64,000 nucleotides of DNA from Vermamoeba vermiformis (Eukaryota), in assembly GCA_045837725.1 (NCBI GenBank), contig JBEWZL010000235.1:62001-126000 (forward strand), written 5' to 3'. The notes below the pieces were generated by a model. It searched no databases, was not told the DNA's origin, and saw nothing but the letters and a program-made list of their open reading frames with translations. Position 1 is the first letter of the stretch, and each line of letters begins with the position of its first letter. Position numbers and translations under genes: made by a program. Positions 38,770-52,656 of the stretch are shown in pieces.

Positions 38770-41139
38770 TTAATTGAACGGATTCGCGACGACAAACGCC
38801 TTCGGAGCTGCTCGTTTTCCCTTCATAGGACGGAGTTTTTCAGCTTTAAGGTCATCGACTTCGTAGAGTGACACACAACGCCCCATCTCCGTGTACCGAT
38901 TCATGGTCTCGACATCGCGAACTGTAGAGTGATGGTGAGTACACGTCATGTTATATCACACTTATTGATAATTACCTGCATAAACTGTCTTATGGCACTT
39001 GTCACAGAATCTTTCGTTTGGATTGGTCACGCCTTTGGCCTCCAATTTTTCCCAGAGCACAGGACACTCGAATTCAAAGTCACAGTTCTCTGCAATAACA
39101 ATTTTTTTAGGACGTGTCTTAGTCAATCACATTGAATAATTAACGTACCAATGGGATGAGGTTCAACAACTGATCTCAACGCCGAATTTCTCTTGCGATA
39201 GAGTTGTTGCCATGACTTGACCTTCAAATTCTTGTTCTGATTGGGCCATTTCTGCAAGAACAAAGAGCGCCACACTCTGTTGCTGAGCATTGTCTTGGCA
39301 AACAACTTGCTCGTCTGTCAAGTAACCCCAAGTTAATCGTGAGTCTACAACTTTTTAACTTTGCATACCTCGCGCAGCTGCAAAACACGGTCAGCAGAAG
39401 AAGCACAATAAGCGCCAATAATCTCGTTAATCTCCGTAGGCATTGTAGACAGCATGTCTTTGTCAGTGCGTGGCTCTGCAACTTGCTTCAGATCACACTT
39501 GAACGGACCACTCATGTTCACTGAAAACACCACACCAGAGGACTTTGAGAACGACACTCCTGGGAAGCAATCCATGCCTGTGTGCAATCGCCACTCAAAG
39601 ATGCCGATCTTGTTTCCATTTTTGGTGAAGAACACAGTGCGCTGATTGAACGAGTCTTTCATCACTCCAATGCCAATGGTGTCACCTGCAACGAATGCAA
39701 TGCTCGGGAATGACTGTTGATTGCTCGTATTGTTCATGCAGATCTGTGAACGATGATGGCATTGGTCAAAATGAATGCACTGAGCAATAGCAGTTCAAAA
39801 TGCGACAACTTACCGTGCCATTGTTGAACACTCCAAAACTGTTCTGCTGATGACCCAAGAAGTTGTTTTGACCAAAGATCTGATTGCCAATGCCCACGCC
39901 AACAATGCCTTTCTTGTCAATTTCGGTGAAAGTCACTTCCATGTACGCACTTGGATGCACTTCACTGTCAATCTCGTTGAGGTTGAAACACTTGGTCGTG
40001 ATCATGCTCATCTTCTCAGGACACTTGTGATCATGTGCATTGACTAGCGAGTACTTGTTGCCCTCAGTCTTGAGCACTGGTGCCAAGAACTGTTCGTTCA
40101 AACGAAGTTCAGCTGGTGTTCGAGCCCCGATAGTTTCCATGTGTCCAGACATCTGTCCTTGTGGCAGTTCGTACGTGCACTTCGGACACAGATCGTAGTC
40201 GCCGCACTCGACACAGTGGTAGACTGTCGTGTTTGAGACTGCATCACATCGGTCACACTGGTGTGCAAATGTTAGTACCCGAACGTTGATCGGATCTCAA
40301 AATTCAACGAGATACAACGAGCTGTTGCGACTTTTAATGGACTTACTTGATATGTTCCTTTGTATTCAGAGCTGATCCACATGCCTCGAGCAGAGTTGAG
40401 TCGCATGAGTGGATGTGGATGGTGAATACTCGTTACAAACTCGGCCAAATTTTCTTTCATCTTCTTATTGCACTCGGGACATTCTTTGTAGGAGCAGAAT
40501 TCACACACAAAGACTTACCAAGAATAAAGATTAGAAATCAATTCAAAAGCCGGTGCATCCGCCTTAAACTTACACTTGGCGTCGTAGCCAGGTTGTTTGC
40601 ATATATTGCAAGGAGATTCGTCACCATTAAGAAGCAACTCCGTGAGCGGATGTTGATGTTTGAGCTTTAGTTTCTTTTGTACGGCGATCAGATTCAACAC
40701 CGAAATCCAGCGTTCGCAATTCTATCGACAAATAATCAGCAAACATCTTGATTATGCGCACCTACCTTTAGTTCTTTGCAAGCGAATCGAGGACCAGTTT
40801 GAGTTTTGTACTCGCGGACCGTGTTTATAACGAAAACGAAATCGAAGTTTCCGTATTGAGGGCGTGTGGTAGTAGTGAAGTGATCGATTTCAATATTTTT
40901 TTCTGAGCTATCATTTTTCTGATATTTCAGGAGTAAATAAAGTTTCGAATTTAATTTTTCACGGATGTAACGGTCAAAATTTTAGTTTTAACCGAAGAAC
41001 TGCTTTCAATACGTACATCTAAAATTTTGCACTGGACGGTCCCATCTGATTTTGCGCAGAGCGAGCCATCCTTCCACATCTCGGTCTTTTTTTCGTAAAC
41101 TCTTAACGACTCTTCGAACAATATTCTTGGTTCCTCCAT
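38770..41139 (-). CDS. Zn-finger-SPRY-F-box protein (intact paralog of the gene at 8178-13089)
   Basis: Near-identical central exons to 11400-12400; same domain order and intron positions. Confidence 0.8.
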
Positions 41140-41336
41140 CTTTTCGTTGCCTTCGACGGTGATATGTTAATTAAAATAACTTGTGCGATTTGGGCCTTTT
41201 GTACCTTTGCTCAAATTTAAATTTCGTTGTTAAACACAACGAAATTTAAATCGTTGCCGTTCTGCTTTTTACCTACGATCCGTGCCAGTTAACACATTAA
41301 CAGCATTGTATATTATTCTCGAAGGCTTTTGCAATT

Positions 41337-42968
41337 ATGGCGAATGCTTCAGTGATAGAATTAGCAAAAGGTAAGTCTTGATCGACTTTTGGAATCTTCC
41401 TTAGCTCGTTCACTCGCCATACAAGTGTTTTTATATTACCCTTTGCTATTTATTCAGCTCAGTGTAAAAGCTCAGCTAATTATTTACTTAGGAAACCCGA
41501 TCACTTCAAAGTTGCCCGTGGATATTTTTAAAAAAGCTACGGATCATTGGGCATCAAAATCGACTGCTGTAAATAATCTCCAATATGCTGATGAAGACGG
41601 TAAAAATAATTAAATTCATTTTCGGCTTATTTGAGTAATAAATTTTTGATCTGCAGGACCGCTTGAATTTCGACAACATCTAAGCAATTTTTTGAATGCT
41701 AATTATGCTAAACAAACTCACGTGATGCCGCTTAAAGTCTACGCCGAAGAGCTATGCGTTGTGGCTGGTGCAGCTCACGTAAGATCTGATTGAATAAGGA
41801 ATAGTATTACGAAATTTACTTACAATTCCTCCAAGGGCTTGGATATGGTATGCAAGCATTTTTCATCACCAGGAGATTATGCCATTGTCGAAGATCCAAC
41901 ATATTTTCTCGCTTTAGGTGAACTAATCTTCTTTGTTGCTTCGGATCAAGATCTGACGTTATTTTCCAGATAGTATTAAGGGAGATTACCGTCTAAATGT
42001 TGCTCAAATGCCCATCGATGATGAGGGGCTAATAATTGATAATAATCTGACTAGCTGGTGCATTCAACACAAGCCCAAGTTTATTTACACGGTACCAACG
42101 CACCACAATCCTACGGGCATTACAATGAGCCACGAACGACGTAAAAAACTAGTCGAATTCGCAGAAAAGCACAATATATTGGTAAGATCTGCCTAATACT
42201 TTCGCGTACAATGCTTACTGGATCCGGATCAGATAGTCGCAGATGAAGTCCATCAGTTGCTGTCTTATAATGGATTTGTGCCTCCTCCATCACTCGTAGC
42301 ATATGACAATAAGGTACTGTAATATATTCATTGCTTTTCTAATTAAAACAGAACGTTATAAGTATCGGTTCGTTCAGCAAGATCTTGAGTCCAGGTCTGC
42401 GACTCGGCTGGATCCACACTAAGAATAAGGAACATATTATGAAGTTCTTTAATGGAGGATTATTTCAAAGCGGAGGTGGCCTAAATTACGTGCCTGGTAT
42501 AGTAACAAGGTAGGCACTGCTACGTTAAGCAAAGTTTAGTATTCGTCAATGATATTGACGCCAGCATAGTATGATAGAAACAGGAACACTACAAGACAAT
42601 CTAGAAAAATCAATAGCCTTTAATGAATATAATCTCAATGTACTAGCCGAGGCGTTACAAAAAGAGATCCCTGAATTAGAATTTACAAAGCCAGCAGGTA
42701 CTTAGCTTATTAATCTTATATACCTTATTAACTTTTGATAGGGGGATATTTTATATGGGCTAAACTACCAGCACACGTCGACGTATTGAAATTTCATGAA
42801 TTAAGCAAAGAGTTTGGAGTGTCGGTCCAGAAAGGCGATAAAGGGCAGATAGTTCATACCAAAGCAAACTATATACGGCTATGTTTCACTATTCAGGAAC
42901 CATCGACTCTCGTTGAAGCCGTTAATAGACTCAGAAAGTTGATGGATGTGCTACTGCCAAAAAATTAA
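41337..42968 (+). CDS. PLP-dependent class I/II aminotransferase (ARO8/MocR/2-aminoadipate transaminase-like)
   Basis: VEDPTYF, YTVPTHHNPTG, ADEVHQLL, GSFSKILSPGLRLGW, GGYFIW, IRLCF. Confidence 0.85.
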
Positions 42969-42971
42969 ATT

Positions 42972-44429
42972 TTATTTTTCTTGCTTTGGCTCGTTTTCAT
43001 CATTTTCCTCATTATCGATATCCTCGTCTTCTTTTTCCTTATCAGCTGCAATGCGTGCCTTTGAAATCGCTCGGAATTTTTCTCGCCTTTCAGCGGAGGC
43101 TCGTTGTCGTTCTTCTCTCGGTGGTAAATTTACAATAACTTCATTGCCTAGCTTACGATACTGAACTAAAAATGTCGTATGTGATACTGATCTGAATTTT
43201 GGATGAAATGACGGCAAGCTGACTTTCCAATCTCTATTCATTACTTCCGTCATTCGCTCTAAATAGAGCGGCAATTTCTTTTCTTCTCTTAATTCCTCCA
43301 TCATTACTACTTGCGTCTATTAATAGACTTTTAGCATCGATGTTACTTTAGCACGAGTAGTGTGAGTGGCAGTCTACTTACAACATTAGGTACGACACAG
43401 ACTATTGATGAGCCTGTCTTCAACAGCGAAGCTGCCTTTTCAAGAGCAAGCCTAAATCATACTAGTAAGTAACGATCACATTATATATAACGTCATTGAG
43501 ACTCACCAAGGCGACATCATGTCGAGAACACACGCGTCAAAAGGCTCTGAGATCTCGCAGTTATTTACATCCCCGACATAAAACCTGGATTAATTAGCAC
43601 AGTAATATGATACGATATATTACGCACTTAATATTATGTTCAGGATCCCAATTGTCAGCATTTTCTTTTGCCTTTTTACTAAACTCCTCGCGCACTTCAA
43701 AGCTATGGATTTCACCACGAGGAGCAACAGCGCGTGATAAAAATAGTGATAACATTCCTGAGCCTGAACCTGCTTCAAGAACTGCAAGCAAAATGCGTTA
43801 GTTCGAAATCAAGAAATGAACTCACGTTTCGTTACCTCTGTCTCCATTTTTCAGATCGAGCATTAACGCAATCGTGCCCATGTCTTTTGGATATGAAGGC
43901 GTGGCAACTCTATCTTTAGTAACAATATAATCCTCATATTCTAACCTTTTCACTAAATGTTTTTTTCCATCAACGTTCACAATGCCGCCATAGCCAGCCT
44001 AAGCTTAATTAGCTACCAATAATATTTTTATAAAGGTATTTACCTCGACTATATCTTTGTGATAAATTGGCACTGAGCCTGTTGGAACAGATTGGCGCTC
44101 TCGCAACTTGACAACCCATTCACGAGGCTTGTATAATGCCATTAGCATCACCTTATCTCCATATTTTGGTTTGACAAAGGATTTATCGTCTGGTCTCGTC
44201 AGTGTTGCAGAAATAACTGGTGGATCCCGATCGGTAACGTCATCAGCTTCTTCTTTGACCGAACAATATTTCTAAACACTTTGCATATTATTACATATTT
44301 ATCCAATTTTTTTAAAATTTTCCAGTCGCATACCCGCTGGCTGATCTCGAACACAGGCGATCTACCTGCTTTCTTCGGAACACACTTGCGAGTGCTTAAA
44401 CGCACGAACAAGCTTCGCCACTGGTGCAT
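42972..44429 (-). CDS. tRNA m1A58 methyltransferase catalytic subunit (TRM61/TRMT61B-like, basic N-terminal presequence)
   Basis: VLEAGSGSGMLSLFLSRAV, HSFEVREEF, VLDMMSPW, VSHTTFL. Confidence 0.85.
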
Positions 44430-44537
44430 TTGTGATAATATTATTCAAATGAAGAAAAACGCCGCAAACGCAAAACAAAACAGCAACTTTCGGAGTGGTG
44501 TCGCGCAGAAAATCGGCACTTTGAGTGGTGTGTGTTT

Positions 44538-44568
44538 GCACTCATGGTCTAGGGGCATGATGTGCGCC
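44538..44568 (+). repeat. Duplicated 5' half of the adjacent tRNA-Gly
   Basis: gcactcatggtctaggggcatgatgt is identical to tRNA positions 1-26, 69 bp upstream of the full gene. Confidence 0.85.
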
Positions 44569-44606
44569 ATGACATGCTGTCTTTCAGTCTGAGCAAAATC
44601 AACAAG

Positions 44607-44677
44607 GCACTCATGGTCTAGGGGCATGATGTCCGCCTGCCACGCGGGCGACCCGGGTTCGATTCCCGGTGAGTGCA
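44607..44677 (+). tRNA. tRNA-Gly(GCC)
   Basis: Acceptor stem GCACTCA/TGAGTGC; anticodon stem-loop CCGC-CTGCCAC-GCGG; T-arm CCGGGTTCGATTCCCGG; oligo-T terminator follows. Confidence 0.95.
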
Positions 44678-45005
44678 TTCTTTTTTTGCTTTTTGCTCGT
44701 TCTCCCTGTTGTGCTGGGCCTGCTAAACCAGGCTTCGATCAACGCTTTCTTCCTCTTTGCTGCTCGTTGCCAAGACCAGAGTTGGTGCTTCCCATTCGCA
44801 AAACCTTGTACGTTTTTTGTTCACAAAACTGACTTCTTGCTGACCAGCACCACAAACAAGGCTCGAATATTACTATGGACGGTTTGGTAGTCAATCATTG
44901 CTCGGAGCGCGCGTTCTTCAACAGAGTTATTCTTGGTGGTAAGACGGATCTACATCGGAATACTTTACCTCGTGATGGGTGGACGAGTTGATACACATAA
45001 TAATT

Positions 45006-46146
45006 ATGGATCAGAAAAATGCTAAAACTAGTATAATTCATCTGTCCCAAGCGATTTTATTGGAGCGAAAGAATATTTTTGAACTTTTCCCGATTTATTT
45101 ATTAACTACGTAATTAGATTTTCAGCTTATAGACGCACAATCGCCGGTAGATTATTCTAATCAACACATTATTGGTGCTCAAAATATTAACCTGAGCAGC
45201 GATGCCCTGGAAAAGGATTTTGCAGCACTCCTGCGCAGCTGCTATGCTGAACGAAAGGTATGTTGATCATAATATGGCAAACAGTTACTTACGAAGTCTA
45301 ATTAACGAACCGCAGGATCAAATTCTGATTTACACGAAGAAATTTGATGACAGCAAAGAGGACGTCCAGAAGCTGATTGATGTTATAGCGAAGACCAAAA
45401 CTAGAATCGTGTCAATATTACAAGACGATTTTGAACAATTTGCGAAGCATTATCCGTTCTTGGTAACAGAATCGAAGAAACCATCCCCAAAGTACGAATT
45501 CAGTTGGTACTTTACTCTAGCTTAGTCTGCTAACAATATCTTTAAGGGAAGACGAAGATAGTATGATTAGCGACGACGAAGACAACTTTGAGTCCTCTGA
45601 ACACATTTACCCGTGTCACGTGCACGATCACATCTTCTTGGGCAGTGAATTCATCGCGAGTCAGTTACCCGTCTTGCAGCACTTGAAAATAACGTACGAT
45701 AACTTCCCAATACTCAAATATGGACGGTGTACTAAGTTTGGCTTCTTAGGCATATCTTAAACGTGACACACGAGTGCAAGAACTACTTTGAAGAATCAAC
45801 TGAATACAAAGTTACATATCACCGATTCAAGATTCACGACAAAGAGAGCGAGGACTTATTGAGTGGCTTGAAGGAATGTCTGAATTTCATCGGTAAGTTT
45901 CGCTAGTGCCTCGTGTCAAGTTTGACATTTGACGTAGATGCCGCTGTTAGCAACAATGGCAGAGTCTTGGTACACTGTGCACAGGGAAGATCGAGGTCGC
46001 CGTCGATAGTAATTGCCTATCTCATGCATACACACCATATGTCGTACAAAGAGGCATATGACTTGGTTAGAGAATCACGTGACTACTTGCACATAAACGA
46101 CGGGTTTGTAAGGCAATTGAACGAACTTGAATCGGAACTTAAATAA
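45006..46146 (+). CDS. Dual-specificity (MKP-like) phosphatase with a rhodanese-like N-terminus
   Basis: IFLGS, ILNVT, VLVHCAQGRSRSPSIVIAYLM, INDGFVRQL; N-terminal HIIGAQNI. Confidence 0.88.
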
Positions 46147-46364
46147 TTTGACGACCTTGTATATGAACGATTTACTAATGTACATATAAAACATTGTAAC
46201 AATTTCCATTCTTGTCGATCCGTTTGAAATTTCTTGGAGGTATTTTTATTTCGCAGTCCACATTTCCTTTGCGAGTATTGTGATCTTGAATTTGTAAACA
46301 CTACCACATAAGCATGTTCAGATCAGTAGTATCCCTCACCTTTAAGCCAAAGTTTGCTCGATCC

Positions 46365-48197
<1,833 letters not shown>

Positions 48198-48278
48198 GAA
48201 TATAAATCACTACTATCAATTTTTATTACAATCTGTGCGGCACTGAACCTTTTGACGTTCAAAGATGTCAAATTTTTT

Positions 48279-50346
48279 TTACCGTTGTCGCTGGTTGATT
48301 CTAAATTTGAATCGAATGAAGAAAATTGCGAACACAATCCATGCACCAAGAATAACTGCCAGCAACACCGCTCCGACTGCCCACGCCCATGGTTCAATTG
48401 TAAGTGTTTGTTGGTCGCTTGGTTCAAGTGGATCTGGTACTGGTACCTCCGGTGCAAAAGTGATAGGTATTGTTGGATCACCGAAATAATCAACAGATTG
48501 CATTGGCTCTGGAGTGTATGGAGGCACCAATAAGTGATAAGGAATTTCCAATACAGTGGCGTATGTGGCTGAGTCCGTTTTCAAAGGCCAAGTGAAGTAT
48601 CGACCTGACGGATCTACTTGTGGTCTGATGCGTATTGCTGGGTTATCATAGGTACTTAAGGTTGTTGGTGATAGAGCTAGTACACCCGATGGTGATGAGG
48701 TTAATCTAAAAGCAAAGCGAGCATTTAACAAAAGCGCAGCATATCAGTGCGTTGTGACATAATTCTACGTACTTAAAGCACATGATTTCGTTTCTACGAG
48801 AGTATTCAAGAGCCTTGTAAATATCCGTCTCATTGACATTATAGCCACCACCGCAAGCCCACTGTTGCTCCAAAGGCACACCGTCTTTCGCATTGCGCCA
48901 CGTGAGTTCAGTTGGACCACTTACTGTGCAAGCATAAGCATTAAACCATTGGGTTAAATTTGATGATTGACTTACAGGGATCGTTATTTGCAAAGACCAG
49001 ATTTCGTGTGTTGGTGTCTGAAAATGTAAAAGCGTAAACCAAGTAGCCTCCCAATGCGACGATCGATTCGCTGGCTGTTGCTTTGTCCAATCCTGCATAA
49101 TTACTAAAAATGGAAAGATCTATTAGTTTCGACCCACACGTATTATTAAGTAGGGCGTTTCATGCTTACTATTCTGCAATAATAATAGACCGATAACCAA
49201 CATCCCATGTGCCATCAATAAATTCGTAGCCTTTGCTCTCAACGATTTGTTCGGTCAGATCTGCCAACTTGACAATCCTTAATGTTCCATTCTTTGGGGC
49301 AGTTGAAGTATTCAAATATTTTTCTTGCACCACGAGATACTCTAAATATCAAACATTACAACCCAACGAATAGCGCAACAACACGGCATCGTACCTCCAG
49401 ATAGATCCAACTTGCAATTGATCATGTAATCTGCAGTACGGTTGATCAACATATTTCGGGTCGGTGTGGTGACGTAGCAGCCAATCGCTGTGTAGTTCAT
49501 CAGTTCGGTGAGCATAATCGAATGCACTTTGTCGTCGGCAGAAGAGCAAGCTTTAGATCCCTTAACATAGTAGTTTGACCCGTCACCTTTGGGGATAACG
49601 CGGTAGGGTTCGATTGAGTGTGCTTTCTCCGTAATTCCGACATTTGTTTGCATTGTCCACTAGTGATTACAAGTTAGCAGGATTTCCTCATCAAATAGAG
49701 CTAGAATGCTTCACGTACAACCCCACTCTAATTTGCGCAGGAGTCAAAAATTGACTTACCAGAACTCCATCAAAGTCCATCATATAAAGTCTGTAGGGAT
49801 CAGTGGAACTGAAGTAGTATTCAATTGGATTCCGCCGAAGAGGAAATACTTGACCACGATCCACAGTTTCGCCACTAGTCTTGTTAAAAGAATACAATTG
49901 GAGCTCCTGCTTCCACTTAAAATCGCCAACATATATGCGAATCAGATTCATGACAAGAAGTGTATCCAAGCCGTACGCCGCATTGATTACACTGGTTGCA
50001 AAAGGAAAGCTGCATTTGTCCGCCTTTAACATTTCGGAGTTCGGGGCTGAAGTAAAGGAAATAATTGTTAATATGCTGCATTGGTCCATTATTATAGTTG
50101 CCCTTGTAAAAGGACCGAAATAATTTAAAATTGAGACTCACTGCAGCCAGCATTTATTTGATAAATTGTTGTGCCATATGGTGAAAATAGTGTAATTGGC
50201 TGTCCGATAGCGGCTGGAACTGAAATTGATGTGTTTTCTTCTCGAATGGCCGGATCGAACGACAAATCTATGAAGCCACCTGCAGGTTGAGCCGAATAGC
50301 CGCCAATGACTGAAAGTGTAAACAATATTATAACAAGTCTGGCCAT
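48279..50346 (-). CDS. Type I membrane protein of unknown function
   Basis: Signal peptide MARLVIILFTLSVIGGYSA; TM helix WAWAVGAVLLAVILGAWIVFAIFFI; multi-exon. Confidence 0.65.
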
Positions 50347-50443
50347 TCTATTCCTCTTAGTGGTAAAAAAAAGATTTTGTACGCGTACAACAAAAATTTT
50401 ACGCACTTTTACACCTGAGCAGTTTTATAAATCGGCTCGCATT

Positions 50444-52264
50444 ATGTACAACACGAGAGGCTTATTAATACTCATAATATTCATATTAGCATATTCTGAC
50501 GGGCAACAATCACAATGCGACAGTGGTTATTGCAATTACGACCAAAAAATTTTCTGCGATCTCGGAATATGCTGCGATAATCGATGCACCGACCCTAGAT
50601 CTCCGCTGCTCAAAACACAAGATAAAGGAGAAAACTGTTCAAGCTGTCAAGCATGCAAAGGCAACCTTTGCTGCGATAAGGGTGTTTGTGCAGACGCCTG
50701 CGCAACCGATCGAGGCGAATATAAGTGCGGATGTAATACAGATGACGACTGTAACTTGCAATGGATTTCTGGATCGACCTACGTTTGCGTCCAAAATCAA
50801 GTAAGAAGAATTTTTTTGAGATACAAAAAACATTTTAACGTTTATAAATATTAGTGTCTTCAAAAAGCTCGGCATATGGATACTTGCGTAGATGACTCGC
50901 AATGCAGTGATGGTTTTAAGTTTGGAAGGTTAAAATGTTTGGATGATCCAGTAACGAACAAAAAAAGGTGTATGGTAGGTGCAAAACTGGACGAACCGTG
51001 CGAAAATTACGGAAATCGCCAAGAGTAAGTCGTATTGTTAATGCTGGTGGTGAAGGACCTCACAAATTATTTTAAGTGTTTGCGATCCTACGCCAGAAAA
51101 CGAATGGTCTTATTGTTTTAATGGAACTTGCACTGCATTACCTAAAGAGGGTGAGCCTTGCAGCGTATCATACATCAAAAACTATCCTTGTGCTCATCCT
51201 TGGTTGACTTGCATTCGAGGTAAATTTTTATCTGAAACTGGATGCGTTCTTTTGTCAACCAATGCTTACGTACATAATTAGGCGTATGTCAAGAACACTT
51301 CAGTGCACCTTTAGATGCAGATTGCAATGGCCCTACACAATGCGAACTACCGTTAGTTTGCAATAGCACGAACAAAAGCACATGTGAGTACAGTACTTCG
51401 AACCAGAAAAAATCAAAATTAAACCTGAAATTTATAAAGTCGTGGAATGGCAACATGGAAATGGGACTTGTTCTTTACCTTCATTTGACACTCCGTGTAA
51501 GCAAACAAGTGGCAATTGTGAGCGCGAGATCCAAAAGTGCGGTTGCAAAGAGTGAGTTTGTGTGTGAAACGCTTAAATTCCTAATATGGCTAACACGATC
51601 ATCCACTCAGCGAAATCCCTGTTTGCCTCCAGAAGCCGGTGACCAATCAGTGCAATTCTGCGTACAAAGCGCTTCGGCTTTGTGCCAGTCAGACGCAATG
51701 CATGCCACCATTCTACAGCGCTTTCGGCTGGCTGGAACGACGTGGTGCTGACTCTTGTTTGCAAGAGTTCTGCAAGCAACAGCTCATCGAGTTCTATTGT
51801 TGCTACTCCTGCGACAGTTTGGTGTGTAAGTTCATTTTGGTCGGAATATTATTTGCAACCAATGAACTGATCGAGTTCCAAATTTAGTGAAAGGATTGAA
51901 ATGCTACGAAAATCCTCGCACTTTTGACGAGCCAAACTGTTGTGCCGGAGATGTCGCTTGTTACGCCTCAATAGCTGCAAATACTGAGCAACAACGTCTG
52001 TACTGTCAAAATGCATCGGAAGTGGTCGTAATTATTCCACCATTGGCTCCAATTGGCGGTGACACTGGCAACAGTGGTGTCGATTACAATGCATTGATTA
52101 CGACGATTGGTTTGATAATTGGCCTGGCGATTGGTGGTGCATTCTTTGGAATCTATTATTGGCGCAAGAAAGCTGAGTATGAACAGATCAGATCTTGGCA
52201 AGATGACAGTGCGAATCCGGCTGCAACTCAGATGCAACCCGTAGGAGTTTCTATAGGAAATTAA
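50444..52264 (+). CDS. Cysteine-rich type I membrane protein
   Basis: Signal peptide MYNTRGLLILIIFILAYSDG; repeated Cys motifs; TM helix LITTIGLIIGLAIGGAFFGIYYW followed by RKK. Confidence 0.75.
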
Positions 52265-52285
52265 ATTTTAATATTTCTTGGTCTA

Positions 52286-52654
52286 TGTACGTACTTTCAG
52301 CGGCACGCAATTGATTCTCCAATTCACGGGCACGAGTCTCGAGGCTGCGAGATTGATTTTGAGCTTGTTGTAGTTGAGTTTCAAGCTGTTTGATTTGAGC
52401 GGCATTGGTTGTTAGCGGTGATGGCTTGAGTTTGGGCAGTGCTCAAGCTCGCCAATTTGTTGTGATTGTTATGACGCTGTTAATTAGTGTAAATAATTAT
52501 TTTTTTTGGTGTCGGTTGGGGAGTTTGCCGCAGTGCCTCAACAACAGACTGCACTCGCGCTGTCGTTGAAAAGATCGACTCGTTGTGGAAATAAGAATAT
52601 AAATCACCTACCATCAATTTTTATTACAATCTGTGCGACATTGACGTTCAAAGA
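52286..52654. repeat. Composite duplicated fragments: a copy of 54255-54432 and a copy of 48133-48265
   Basis: 52286-52461 matches the coiled-coil exon of the WH2 gene; 52530-52654 matches the LYS12 3' end and UTR. Confidence 0.85.
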
Positions 52655-52656
52655 GG

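Noticed and set aside
44445-44890. ORFs overlapping the tRNA
   Set aside because: Spurious translations of the tRNA-Gly gene and its flanks
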